A program made the position numbers and the translations under genes. Under the pieces are notes generated by a model. The model was not told the DNA's origin, searched no databases, and saw nothing but the letters and a program-made list of their open reading frames with translations. From positions 94,550,001 through 94,614,000 of the forward strand of contig OX597815.1 in the NCBI GenBank assembly GCA_951406725.2: a DNA stretch of 64,000 nt, written 5' to 3'. Shown piece by piece: positions 11,151 through 26,147 of this stretch; the first letter of the stretch is position 1, and each line of letters starts with the position of its first letter. This stretch comes from Octopus vulgaris. Lineage: Eukaryota.

Positions 11151-13415
11151 CCTCAATATTATAAATCCAATCTAAAGAAAGGACGTAGCTAATAAAAGAA
11201 GAAATATCATTTCATTCACTGCATTTTGAAAGTTTATCGTTGATTAAATCGACGAATCTTGTCAAATTATATATCACTGGACCAAGCTTATATTAATAAA
11301 TGACGGAGGATGTTGTCATCAATTTTACCACGTGAAAAAGATCCACTTGAAAATATTATTTCAAGAAGTAGACACTTGAAGACAATATTTCTGGAAGTAA
11401 ATGTTGACGATATATCAGCATTAATTTATAATATTAGTACTACCTCACTATACTGAGCTTGGGAATTTATCTACCAAATGTCGTCATTGGTTATCCCCTG
11501 TTCAACCTTAATTAACCAAGCATATGATGAAAGCTATCCCACCTGTGACCAGTCAATCTTTTTCTGTTCAACGTGTTCCATGATTTTCATGCTTGTAGTG
11601 CGTGATTTTTAGGGGATTTTACTGCTATGTCTAGCAGCCTGTACGATCAGGGCAGGGCTACCGCTCCTTCTTGAAGTGTAAGTCAAAAAGAAAATAAGGA
11701 ATAAAAGCCAAAATAGTCTACTATTATATAAAAATATTAGCATCTTCACGTGGAACTTGAGAACTCGATTGTTACAAGAAAAAGCAGAATTAAATTAAAA
11801 TAGACTTCATGAATATCAAGAGACAAATCACCAAGAATGAAAATATTAACCAAAAGCAGAATATAATACAATTTCAAGAATGGTAAAGAATATCTTCACA
11901 AATTATCAAAGAAAATGATTATAAGGTTCCAATTATAGAATTTTTATCGCATAAGAATAGCTCATACTTAAACTGAATTAGAAGAGATTATATCACTTTT
12001 GAATGATAAAAATTCTGTAGTCAAAACCTATTTTAAGTTAATAAAATATTGATTATTAGGAAATATCTTTCTTGCAGCCATCAAGATTTGAAATTACATT
12101 CATTCATATCTTTTCATTTACAGCTTTTACATGTCTCCGTTTGTCGCTTAAACCGATTGCTAATACTACTCATTTTCATGAGTATATCTTTGCGAGTTTA
12201 ACTGTCGTTTATTTACTGCTCTTATATTCTATTCCCAATGTTATTACATCTATAATGTTACCAAATAACTTCTGTCGAATATTGTCGCACCATTATCACG
12301 CTATTTAATATTCCTTATTCACTACAATGACGCCACGAAACTTCTATTTAAATCCACCTTTCTTCACTGAAACTGTTATAACAGAATTTTCATTAGCTAT
12401 TCCTTAGTCCTTTATTTCTCTGTCCTCAAAACTTATTTCTTTGTTTCGCATTCAGCTTATTCAGTTTTATGACGTTACCCTCTTCATTACGTTTGCATTA
12501 GGATAGCTGATTTTACACGTATTATATTTAACTTCATTACTTTCCTTCATCTTCGAGAATATATCTCTGTTGCTAATTTGTAAAGCCTGTGTCTTAAGTT
12601 TCATGTTCCTCTCTATTTTCATGATCCAGAAGTCTATTATATTTAGTTTATGATATTTTCGGTTATTTACAACCTCAACTTTACCGAAGTTTCTCTTCTT
12701 GCTTCGTTACTGCAAATTATTTATTACAATAGCCTCCGAATGCATTACTGGAGACGAAAGTACGCTTTAGTTGTCTAATTTGCAAGTATTTCACTTCAAT
12801 CCCACCTTAGAGGCTTTTTCATAAATAATGAACATCACAGCAGCAACTCATACGGCATCAAATAAATTACATTATTTGTCGTTATCAGAATGTCAGAGAG
12901 AGTGAAGAGGGCAGAAAACAAGAGTTTTTACCATCTTGAAACTAAAACTTCAATACTGCACCTTCTTTAAATGCTTTTATATCGAGCAGAGTGCATTGGT
13001 CTTAATTTCTTTGGCATTGAAGATAGCTAAAGTACATCTGGTAGTTTTTTATGGGACGCATATAAGACGGAGGTATGAGTTTGAGGTAGCGATTCTGCCA
13101 TCCAACAATGGTATAAAAACAGTAATATTTTACGCTGCCAAATATAGGCCTGTCGAAATCATTTCCAATGTCACAAGAAATATAAAATAAAACAGCATTG
13201 TTGCACCCGACATCATCAAACCCCTTTATCGTGTCTAGCGCGTGAGTATTCGGATAACATCCACGTTATTTTGATCGGAGGCACTGTAACAGCGTTTGCT
13301 GATGAAGCTGTCTCTGGCACATATTCAAGAAACATCCTCGCTGCACAGCGTCAACGTTTGTTCTCACACTCTTCGTTATATATATCAGTAACCTTATTTG
13401 CTATCATCTCCAAAT

Positions 13416-13754
13416 ATTTTAGTGTATAATAGATTATTTTACATGTCTGCACTAAAATGTATGCTATATATTACATAGTACTATTGTTCATTTACAAATC
13501 AATGCACATAAGATAGGCTAGCTCTTCAAATCGACAGAATTTCCTGGTTACATCAAGATTTCTAATTTGCTAAATACATACAGAAATCATCTTCATATAC
13601 AGAATGTATGGAAGACTTATGTACTGAAGACTAAATTAACTACAAAGAAGAGGAAAAGAGAGTTATATATTAAAAAGGAAATGATGAGTTGTGGTGAAGA
13701 TAATAGAGAGTATTAGAGAGCGAGCGAGAGAGAGATGGTGAAGATAATAGAGAG

Positions 13755-13801
<47 letters not shown>

Positions 13802-14310
13802 GAAAGAGAGAGTGAGAGAAATAGTGAAAGAGAAAGTGAGAGTGAGAGAGAGGGTAGCAGATAGGTTTTTATTAATAAGATAGAGACAATAATAATAGAT
13901 GGAAAAAAGAGTAAAACTTATAAGAATGAGAGAAAGGTATGGATATATTGTGTTTATAAAATAGAGTAATAGCAACAAGAGAGAGAACAAAGTGAAAGTT
14001 GTAAATATTGAAACAGAGGTAGGTAGAGTAAAAGCATTTGAATTAATGTGGTAGAGCCAAGTTTAGTGAACTTGTTAATGTAAAGACAGTAAAGGAATAT
14101 CAGAAGAAAAATAGTCAGATGAAATTATCTTGAGAGTATATAAGATACATATAAGCAGCGGGAGCTATAAAAATAAACTAAGGGTTAGTTCAGAACAATG
14201 ATTAGTTTCAAATAGGGTTGAAGTTGAATTGGTCTATATATGCAGGTGTCCAAATAAACTATATTGAGAATCAACATAGAATAAAAAATATCTATATACT
14301 TAATGTATTG
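13416..14310 (-). repeat. Dispersed repeat; inverted partner of 16210-16990
   Basis: Colinear reverse-complement matches, e.g. ATTATTTTACATGTCTGCACTAAAAT, TAAGAATGAGAGAAAGGTAT, GAAGAAAAATAGTCAGAT, GTGTCCAAATAAACTATATTGAGAA. Confidence 0.85.
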
Positions 14311-14327
14311 CTAGGAGTATATATACA

Positions 14328-14385
<58 letters not shown>

Positions 14386-14689
14386 CATTCATACATATAT
14401 ATATATAAATAAACATACAAACACACACACATATATATATATACACAGGCACCTATTTATAGACTACTGTATTGGTGCACTCCCATATTGATAGAAGGAG
14501 TATATCTATTTAGGTGCATTGAATTGCACGTGCATCTGTATTCAGAAAATAAAGTAATAAGAATAGCAATAACATACACAACAAATACAATAGTCAGATA
14601 TTTAATTCAGATAATACGATAAACTCTCATTACAACCAAACTACTTTAAACACTATTGCGTATAATCTGAATAAAAGCAAAAATAATTT

Positions 14690-15112
14690 ACCTAAGAATA
14701 TTCAGTGTAAATTTTGCTGTGATGTAGCTAGAAATTTTTTCAGGCTATAGATAAATATTTCCCTAAATCTAATCCGTATAACGAAATTTTCGATAGACAC
14801 ACAACTAAACTAGCATACTCTGTCATGTCCAATATTGCTGAATATTTAGCCAGATTTAACTGCAGTAACTTAAACAGTGCAGCTCAAAAGAATACAACTA
14901 ACACCAGTACATCCGATATAGCAATTTCTAGCGCCCTGAACAATCCTGGTATATCTTCTACAAAAAAATCAATATACCGATGTTCAGAATTCCAATAACA
15001 ATACTATTGATAATAGCGAAGCAGAACATATCATACCTGCTAATAATACAGATCATTCCACTCTATGTAACTGTCGTAATAAATTAATGTGTTCCATTAA
15101 TGAATCCTTTAG
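14690..15112 (+). mobile_element. PLE fragment, Naiad/Chlamys-like thumb and linker region
   Basis: Translates to ..VARNF(fs)QAIDKYFPKSNPYNEIFDRHTTKLAYSVMSNIAEYLARFN.. then CNCRNKLMCSINE. This matches the recalled motifs IDKHFP..H..HKIFNRNTVK.SYSCM.N and CNCR....CPL. Confidence 0.7.
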
Positions 15113-15407
15113 TTTCTCATTGACAATGCCCCCTTCTTCAGGAAATAAGGAAATAGATAACAAGGTTCGAAGAAATATAAGAAAAAGGAAAATTTAAGGT
15201 TACATCATGCTGGTCGTCAGCTACTGTTTCAGTTACCGACCACTTTTACAATGATTCACTCTCATATAATTTTACAATGATTCACCCTCAAATAATTTTT
15301 TAGCGTAGGATGATGGGAGACCGAAAATAATTTGAGGGGTTAGGCAAGATGGAAAAAAGAGTTTTTTAAAAATCTATGTAATAAATAATTAAATAGAAGA
15401 AAAAGAT

Positions 15408-15513
15408 ATATTAGTTTAACGCTAGGGAAGTGAGAAAGTATTTTACGTTTCGAGCCTACGCTCTTCGACAGAATAGGACACAGAAATATACAGGGAAAGA
15501 AAATAAAACACAA

Positions 15514-15520
<7 letters not shown>
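15408..15520 (-). mobile_element. pLTR-like repeat with hammerhead-like motif; same family as 52572-52760
   Basis: TTAGTTTAACGCT.GGGAAG.TGAGAAAGT.TTTTAC..TTCGAGCCTACGCTCTTC occurs at both loci. Minus strand reads CTGTCGA-A-GAGC-GTAG-GCTC-GAAACGTA. Confidence 0.6.
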
Positions 15521-15563
<43 letters not shown>

Positions 15564-15584
15564 TATTCAAAATATAACCATATA

Positions 15585-15775
15585 TAGATCGTTGGCGATT
15601 TTTTTCCTCCGTCTTCCTTTCCTTTTCGACTTCCCTCCTGTTTCTCATGAAGAGCTTTGCTCGAAACGCAAAGCCATCTTTCTTTCCTTCCCTGAGCGTT
15701 TGCTAATACTTTGCTTGTACCTCGTCCTAACGTTGTTGTTTTTTCCTTGTGTTTGTTCTTCTTTTTTGGGGGGAC
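15585..15775 (+). mobile_element. pLTR-like repeat with decayed hammerhead
   Basis: CTCATGA-A-GAGC-TTT-GCTC-GAAACGC at ~15643-15669, followed by CTTCCCTGAGCGTTTGCTAATAC. Related to 15408-15520 in the opposite orientation. Confidence 0.55.
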
Positions 15776-16209
15776 TATATATATATATATATATATATTA
15801 GTTTAATATTGATAGGCCTCCGTCGGTATTTATATATATATGTAAATACAGTGACAGAAGCAGTATTAATAATTAAAGGCAAAATGTTGCGCTAGAACAC
15901 ATAGATACTGCAATATTTACAAATAGAGAAGATTCTCATGTGGTTAACTGATGCATAAAAGAATATCATAGTTATCGCCAGCGGCAGGCAATCGTGCATA
16001 TTTTGATTCTTCAATATTCTGTTTATGTATGTGATTTCGGTACATTTTAGTTATATATGTATTCATACTAATATACATTAGTTTTGAGTTGAGTTTGTAT
16101 TTAAGTTTTATCTTTGTATAGTATATATGTAGATTAATGAGTGTTTGAACGTAAACCTACTTAGTTACGATTGTCCTTCTTCATGGTCTTATTTCATTAT
16201 TTTATTTCC

Positions 16210-16990
16210 TGAGGATGTTAAAGATTGTAGTTATTTACCCCCTTGATATTCATGTTGACTTCTCAATATAGTTTATTTGGACACTTTACATCCGGAGGCA
16301 ATTTAAACTTTAACCCTGTTTGATACTAACCATTGTTCTAAACTAACTCTTAGTTTATTTTTATACCTCCAGCTGTCTTATCCGTTTGCTTATGCTTATT
16401 GCTTATGTTTATTTGATAAACTCTCAAAATAATTTTATCTGACTATTTTTCTTCTGTTAACCCTTCGATTCACCATATTAAATCAAATGATTTTAATCTA
16501 TCACACGTTTTCCCCCTCTTTCATTATTTATAACTTTCACTCTATTCTCTCTCTTGTTGACATTACTCTCTATATTTCATAAACACAGTATCTCTATACC
16601 TTTCTCTCATTCTTATAAGTTTCATTCTTTTCTCCCTCAATTATCATTCTCTCAATCTTATAAATGAAAATCTACCTGCCCCCTCTCTCTCATTCTCTCT
16701 TATCTTCACCTCAATCACCACAACTCATCATTTCCGTTTTTTAGCATCTTACTAAATCTCTTTCCTTCCTCTATGTGTTAAATTTTATCAACTATTTGTC
16801 TTCTATACATTCTATATATGAAGAATGTATTTAGCAACGTTGAAAACTTGATGTAACTAGGAAGGTCTGTTGATCTGAAGAGCCAGCATATCATATCTGC
16901 ATTGATTTGTAAATGTGCAATAGTACTATGCAATATATAGCATGTATTTTAGTGCAGACATGTAAAATAATTTATCATACATTAAGATAA
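16210..16990 (+). repeat. Dispersed repeat; inverted partner of 13416-14310
   Basis: See 13416-14310. Confidence 0.85.
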
Positions 16991-17095
16991 AAATCATTAT
17001 TACACGATGAAGCTGCGAAACGACCTTCATCCGACGGTTATTAACTGGTGAAATAAATATATTCATCATTCATATTTCCTGACATTTAATATTCT

Positions 17096-17397
<302 letters not shown>

Positions 17398-18975
17398 TAG
17401 TAGCCAAGACAATTCTACTAAATAAGGAGAATTATGCATCTACATGGTTTATTATAATAGTCATTTATACAGAATATTTAATTTAAAGCTTTGTCCGACA
17501 TATGTTTCTACTGCATGGATCGCTCGCAGTGTGATTTTCATTTGTATCCTGTTTTTTATTTGTGTCCAGATGTCTTTCAGATTACAAAAGTCTCCTTGCA
17601 GCATTAATCAAGGTGTTGCCACTATTGAAGTTTGCCATTATTCAAGTTTGATATATTTCAAGTGCTAAAAGGCAAATACACTGCAGTTACAGTGGGGAAT
17701 ATATATCTCTTATGCCATAAACATATTTCAGCTAACATAAAAGCTGTTTATATCTAAACACTGCATAGCGCTAACATTTTGCCATTTTCCTCGATCGGGC
17801 GATCTACTAGCGAAAATCAGTCAACGTTTTTGACTGAATTATACATTAAAGCTATGGCTTTATAAGTTTGTTCAGAGTTGCCTGTCTTGGGTACATCTCA
17901 TTCACAAGAGTCAAGAAGCTTGAAACATCGTGTCTGGGATTTCTAATAGATGGCAACACTGAACGAACAGGGTGTTTTCACACCTCTTTACCATAACAGA
18001 GATATATTCTCCACGTAACTGCAGTGTGTTCGCCTTTTAGCTGTTGAAATATGATGCATGCACACACACAAACACACATATACACATGATGCAATTCCGA
18101 AAAACTGCATGTATAACCATGATGCAACACCGAAAAACTGACTTACTAGTCTGTATCATTAGACGGTCGCCGGTATAAAGAAATAGGAGCTTTATTTGCA
18201 TACTCCTAACGTTACCATAACGTTACCATAAACGAATTTAAAAGATATATATATACACATATATAGTTTTTGTAGAACAGACAGGATAAAGAGAACTCAC
18301 AATAGGAGTACACATATCATAAATTGTTTCTTATCAGCGGTAATTTCACTGATGGAAATTTTCATTCATGGTACTTATCAATCTGATTTATTCTTACTTG
18401 ATAAGTGCTATGCGACTCTTAGGTCACTTTATGACTCTGACCTATCAAAAATAGTCAATACACACACACACTCACACACTAACACACACACAAGTATATG
18501 TGTGTGTGTGTGTGTATTATGTGTGTGTGTATGTGTATGTATGTATTTGTATGTGAATGTAATTATGCATTTTATCTTTGTACAGGTCCTTTCTTCATAG
18601 ATATACGTCATGAGTTAGTTTGAACAAAGCAGCAACGACGTAACAGTTACTATAAAGCGAGCAATACAATCAGTTGACCTATCAGCTCACTCTATAAGTC
18701 TCTATAAGTCTCTATAAGTCTACAGTCTCCTGTACCCGTAATATAAATGATAGGAAGAATTCGTGTAAGACAGTTGATCCTTTGAAATTCATATAAAACC
18801 CATCTCACTGTCTTCTACGCATTTTCTGGGTAACTTATTTCCGTAACAAATTTGGAGGAATATATTCTTATAAAGGAGACACTTTCTTACGTAAGGACTT
18901 CGAATCTTGAATCTCATGAGAGCAAGATCTTAACTATTCGGCGATATTTATATTCATACATAGGTACACACATTA

Positions 18976-19083
<108 letters not shown>

Positions 19084-19710
19084 TACACATACATACATAA
19101 TTACGTACACACACCAATACATAGATATCAAAATTGCAGCGATATAAAACATACGTTATTTTTTAAAAACAACATCCCTCTCCCATCGCTAGCCTCTTGT
19201 ATATATGGAATAAATTAGATGCTATTGTCTGGCCAAAATAAACAGTAATAATATACAATTCATTTGATTGTAGTTCTATTTTCTTTCTTTATTGTATTTT
19301 GCAATCCATATTACTTTTTTATGTTTTGTCTATTGTAAATCGATTTACTATTACATGTTACATGTGATTTAGACAGAGAATAATTTCAGAGACGAAATGA
19401 ATAAAATGAGTGAAAACATCAACATCATAGAAATACAGTCCACTAAAAAACAAACGAGCAAAAGAACAAATATAGAAACAAATATAAATGCAAAAAATAT
19501 ATATATAAAAATAAGAAGTAATATAAACATATAAAATTGTGTATTCCCCACCCAAAAGAAACTAGAAAAATATAAATAAAATGTATACTATTAAGATATC
19601 CCCCCTTTCTTTGTCTTTCTTTGTATGTATGTATATGCATATATATATATATCTATATATGATATATTATATGATATGTGACGTCTCTCTCCCTCCCTAA
19701 TATATATGTA

Positions 19711-19798
<88 letters not shown>

Positions 19799-19959
19799 TG
19801 TGTGTATAAAGTACAAACACACACATAACGATTTATTGAGTGCAAGGATGTAAAAAAACATCATAAAAATTAAAGAAAATTACCGTGATCCAATTTCCTG
19901 TTAAAGTAAAATCTTTTGAATCAATGTCTATCTCATTCTTTTTTATGTATGTGGATCAC

Positions 19960-20034
<75 letters not shown>

Positions 20035-23000
20035 CGTGTGTATATGTGTGTATGTATGTGTGCATGTTGAATACATGTGTATGTATAAATTCATGCATAT
20101 ATGTATATACATATATATCACACACATGCTTATTCAACTATGACATGATTCGTAGTACTTTTCTCTACAGTTTTCTTTGGTATTTCTATTTTTTAAAACT
20201 ATTATTATTTTGTTGATAACTTCATTCAATCGTTTCTAGGTTTCAGCATATTTATTGAGATAAATTATTTTCTTTGTGTTATTTTTTCCTTTTCACTATA
20301 ACGTAAGAAACATTGTAGATTGTGTTTTGTAGATTGTGTTTTTGTTGCCTTTCCTTGGTTCGCTCAGTTTGTTTGCATGAATCTCACTTCTGATTGATCT
20401 ACCATCTTCAACAGAAAAGGTTATGTTTCCCTGTTTGCCACCATTGGGAAATGAATTCCCAGCAGTCAAGAATGAAATAACGGCCACCTATTCATGAATA
20501 ATCAATATATATAAAAAATGCTTCATTTTTTCCTATATTCTATAGAATTTAGAAGAGCAACTTTTTAATTGGAAGGCTTTAAACTTTACTTATGCATGAT
20601 ATGATTGGTATAATAGAAACAGCATTTTTCCCACCTACCAATTTTTTCGCAGAATATAGCGTTGATGGGAACCAACCTTTTAGGATAACTGAAGAGAAGT
20701 TTAGTGCAGCATATCTTCAATATAACATGACTCTTAGTGATAAATACTAATCGAATGAAGCTTTCGATTGGCTAGTCTGCGTCAATAGGTTTTAGCCTAC
20801 ACAGTTGGATTGAATTCTATATCTTTCTCCTACTTTTTGTTTTTTTCTTTCTCTTCCGCTCTTCTTCACTTCCCTCTCATCACCATCATCAATATTAACA
20901 TCAACAGTAACTATGGTAACAAGAAATCAACACGCACTAATGAGGAAGTATCTGTGAGGTCACTCAGCCTGTTCGAATAGTCGACGAATTGCAAGCAAAA
21001 TGTACTTTAAAGCTGTGGTTCTTAGATGAACATATTACACCCTCCCTTAAATATTAGTGAAGTTTGTTTCTCTATTTTTCCTTATTAAAATATGATTTGC
21101 ATCCATATAACTTTTCTATTTTGTCTATTAATGTTGGACAAGTTTATAAAGAAATACAACTAATTCTTCCTTAAAAGTGTCAATTCATATCACACCTTCA
21201 ATCTTTACAAGACCTATATGAGAAAATGTCTAAAAGTCAGTTTAAAAGCTCTGCTTAACTAGGGCTGACATAATGTTAACCATTAAAAAGGACCAAGTCA
21301 ATGAGAGAACTTTTACGTTATATATATATATAAAAATAAGAAGTAATATAAACATATAAAATTTCAATTACATTACACAATAATATCTGAATATAAAGGA
21401 AGGACGTGTTAGGTAAAGTAATCTTCTGTACATTAAATGCAAAAATAAATAGATAAATAAATAAATAAAAAATGGTGGAGGCTAACAGCTGAAATATCTG
21501 TATTCAAAGTGCTACTAGATCAAAATTGATTTGGCTTTAAAGAATGGAACAACAAAACTTAACAAAATTCATTTGCGCAATTTTTTCTCCTTTATAAGGG
21601 AGTACGCAATTGCTTGAGAAACATTTTGCTGATATTTTCAGTAAGTCGGTGTCCACATAGACGTTTTTTTCCCTAACGGTACAAAATAAAAAATAACCAA
21701 AACAAAGAAAAACTCTAAGACGCTTTAATCTAAACACTATTGACGTTAGTCCTCAAATATTTATTAGTTCCATACTCATGTATAAAATCCTATAAATCTT
21801 TCTAAAGGACAACACAAAACATTAACAACCAACGTGAGCGTCTTTTCATAGTTACAGGAACTCCACTTACACCCTACTCTGTCAAGAAAGCAAAAGCATT
21901 TTAGTTAATATAATCTAAATGTGTATGGAAAAAATTACAAGAAAATTATGATTGAAATGCATTTGATCTTACATCTGCCCAGTTAGAGTAACACAATAGC
22001 AACATTAAAAGTTAGCTGACTAATTATTTAATAGTTGATAATTAATTTCTTGAAATTATCTCCCCTTTTCTTTGAGAGTTGCAAAGAATTGCCGCTAGTT
22101 TTTTGTTTTCTTTCTCTAACTAAAAAGGAAGTTTCAATTAAGAAGTTGTTGAATGCAGCATCATTAATATATCTTTAAAACATTTCTTCTCATTACCACT
22201 CTTCAACTTTATCCTAGACAACCTTCCATTGCCCTACCGAAAATACACATAACTGTCGTCACAACGACGAAGCCTCTAAGTCAGGTGTTCCCAGCCCGCG
22301 GTGCGAGATGGCATTTCAGATGTGTGTGACAAAGGGAAAGTAAATATTGTATTTAAATTGCTTTTCAGAACAAAATTGTTAACTCTTAGAAATAAATTTA
22401 ATTTTCTAAGCACGCCAACGCCTTTAATATTCTATATATGCAGTTTTAACCCTTAAGAGATTATAACCAAACACTGTGCTTTTTCAATGCAAAGAAATGC
22501 TTCTGTGAATACGGTGTCAACTCTCTTTTGTAAATCAAAGCAAAATTCGCCTGAATCCAGAGGAAGACCTGCGGATCGTAGCAAGCAGAAAAGTTCGAGG
22601 TTTCAATAAAGTCATGAATAAGAAGCAGCAATAAAAAAGACATTGAATTTTATGTTAGCAACTGTGATTGATCAGTTTTTCTGATAGATCAATTTATATT
22701 TACCTCTTATGCAGTGAGTCTAAAGCTTATGATTTTGAGCTCATCGAAATTACTGTTTAAGTTTTTAAAAGATAGTAATGAGAAATTTCACCTATTTATT
22801 TTCAAATGTGGTATTACTTTTGGTGGCATACGAAAATCAATGAAACAGGAATGTGGAGCATAAAGATTTGTGAGCTACAGCTTAAACCTGTTACTTGGTA
22901 TAAGAAATATGGATACCAACTTTCCCCTCAAATCACCTTATCGTCTTAAAAAGAGAAAGGTCACGTTAGATAACGTAAGCCTAGATACTCATAAAAAGAT

Positions 23001-23101
23001 GGGATGGGATGAGCACGGCAGGAGTGCCTCTGAGTATCGGTGTTTGTACTTCAACTCTTTAGAAACATAATTCAAACAAACTGGTAGTAGCACGCACCAA
23101 G

Positions 23102-23159
<58 letters not shown>

Positions 23160-24557
23160 GCTTAGCTGCAGCATCAAAGAATTTATTTAATATGCAACCG
23201 AACATGAACTGTCTACTTTAACATTTAATAACAAGTACATACCATATACGCATACATAGAGAAAAGTCCACCCACATTATTAAAATACCATCAACAATCA
23301 CAGCCTACATAAAACATGCATACTATGAAAGGCAAAGCTGTCCAATACACAAGAAAAAAAAAACATCCGGTTGAAAGTAATACTGCAGAGGCATGATGGC
23401 TATTGTTAATTGTGAGTGAAACACACACTCTTCGAAAGAAATCGTGTTACTCTTTAAGTGGTAGCTTGAACTGCTTGTAATAGTAAAGAAAAACTCCTCT
23501 CATCACACTATGCTTTACAAAGTAAAGGACATAGAGGGTAAGGTATTCTTGTATAAATTCTGGCCAAAAATTAGGAAATGATCGAAGAACAACGGCTGAA
23601 ACGCCTTTGATGTTAAGTATGTTCGATGAAGGTTAATGTGGAGAACAACAACAATAACAACAGCAGGAAAATCATTTTTAGCAGACTCAGTACACCTAGG
23701 ATTATATTCTCCACTATTTCACCTTTTATTTGTTTTTAAGACATCGTCGTCATCATCAATATCACCACCACCATCATCATCAACTGCAACCTTCCATAAT
23801 AAATTACGGTACTGTGGTCGGGTAATTAGCCGTTGAACAACGACGAAAAATTGAATCCTTGGGTGGAATTTGAAGAACTCAAAATGCAAAGCATCTGGGT
23901 CGACGCTTAAATATGTCTGCTAGTACATTAACCCTAGACTGGCAGTTTACTTAATGACTCCGAAATTATAAAAATTAAAGCTCACCTCGTCAGGTTATGA
24001 ATTCAGAGCAAAGAGAACTGGGACAAATGCACTTTAACTGAAGCTCTAAAAAATCTTATAATTCGTCTACTTGATGGTAGTGTGTAATGTAAAGGCGATT
24101 TGGCTGCTATCTCTAGCAGGTGTTCTCTTTTGCTAGTTGTTAGCTATGACGGACAAGAAGGACGTGTCAGATTCTGAGTGAATGTGACAAAAGGACGCAG
24201 TGAGTAGGATGATGACAAAACAGTGTCTATGGAGAATGTATAGTAGTACACAATACTCTGTTTACCTCATACGGGTCGATTAGTCACTCTATCCAGTTCT
24301 TGTTCCTCAAAACAGAATTTCCTCTTTGCACATGCTTTTAATATGACTCATTTGCAACTGTCGAAGACGAACGTTAAAGGTGTTGGTCTTACTGGTTTCG
24401 GAAAATCTGCGAAGCTTAGGAATCTCTGCTGTTACCTCCAGACCATTACCACAGACATATCTCCCTACATTTTAAAGAAAGTAGATTATGAATTACACAT
24501 GATTTGGTTGGTATTTCTAGCAGGATCAAACCACTATATCGAGGATCTGCAGAATGG

Positions 24558-24917
24558 TGATGATGCAGACGACGACGACGACGACGACGACGACAACGAC
24601 GACGACAACGACGATGACGATAACGATGACGACGACAACGATGATGGTGGTGAAGGACTTAGTGGTCATCATCGTGGCTGTGTGACGGTGATGGTGATGA
24701 TGATGAGGAGGATGAAGATGGTGATGAGGATGATGAGGATGATGTTGTCGATGACAATGACGATGATGGTGGTGGTATGAGGATGAGGATGATGATGGTA
24801 GTAGTAGTAGTAATGGTGATACTAACGCCGCTGGAGGTAATGTGTGTACGAAGCTGCTGCTACTGACAATGCTGCAGCTAATGCTGCTGCGAATGTTGCT
24901 GCAGTAGATACTGCTAC

Positions 24918-24985
<68 letters not shown>

Positions 24986-25036
24986 ATGATGGTGATGATG
25001 ACTATGATGATGATGATGATGACGACGACGACGATA
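24558..25036. repeat. Compound trinucleotide array (GAC/GAT/GGT/GCT)
   Basis: Direct. It produces the poly-D/M/H/I pseudo-ORFs. Confidence 0.95.
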
Positions 25037-25390
25037 GTTATATTTTCTATGGCGACAGATATAGACGACAGACTGCTGCCCATTTTATTCCATTTCACTT
25101 ATTTTATATTCTAATTTTGCTTCTTATTTTCACACTTTATATATAATTATATATTATTATTATTGTTGTTTTTTTTTCAATCTTCAACAATGATAACTGA
25201 TTAGAAATAACTCCGAAGTACTCTTTCGGTGTCATTTTATTCTGTTGCTTACTTAGCCTAAATAGCTTATTGAAATATTCAGTAGGCTATTATCAGCATA
25301 CGCTGTAGACAACACATATGTTGTAGACAACATAGAATATTAAATAAAATATAAGCATTTCTTTACAAATTTTAAATGTATATTTTTACA

Positions 25391-25450
<60 letters not shown>
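25391..25450. repeat. (TAC)n microsatellite
   Basis: Direct. Confidence 0.95.
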
Positions 25451-25452
<2 letters not shown>

Positions 25453-25573
25453 AAATGTCCGTGCTGTGGAAGTAATATCGATATTGCTTTGTCTCATTTT
25501 CCCTTCGATGTATGAAATATTTATCTTGTTTGTTTCATCTCTTCTTAATTCTCACTCCTTTCTTCTCTGTACT

Positions 25574-25609
<36 letters not shown>

Positions 25610-25773
25610 CGTACACACGCATATACACACATAGATATGTGGATATATCACATGAATACACACACACGCAGACACACAGACACACAGACACACAGACACA
25701 CATACACAAACACACGCCCAAACACAGGAACACACACACACACACATATATATATATATTAGTGTGTGGACAC

Positions 25774-25830
<57 letters not shown>

Positions 25831-26089
25831 CGATATATATCACTCACTCGTACACTTTTATTAGTTCCAGCCTAAATATATACATGCTCGGTACTGCCAT
25901 TATATTATACCTATACAACGCGCTCACGCACGCATATATAATATATACATATAGGCATACATCAAACTAACAACAACAACAAAAACGATGAACCAACAAA
26001 AATGTGCCTACACATACAAACACATACAAATGTATATATATATATATATATATATATACATACATACATACACACATACACACACATAC

Positions 26090-26147
<58 letters not shown>

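Noticed and set aside
11740-13400. Possible very old PLE or DNA transposon coding relics
   Set aside because: Only faint motif echoes with many stops; cannot be classified by eye.
17650-18053. Short inverted repeat (17652-17720 / 17985-18052); similar case at 39385-39605
   Set aside because: Probably old MITE remnants; no definable termini or TSD.
24343-25146. Poly-Asp/Met/His/Ile ORFs
   Set aside because: Translations of trinucleotide microsatellites open in several frames on both strands; no domain or splice evidence.
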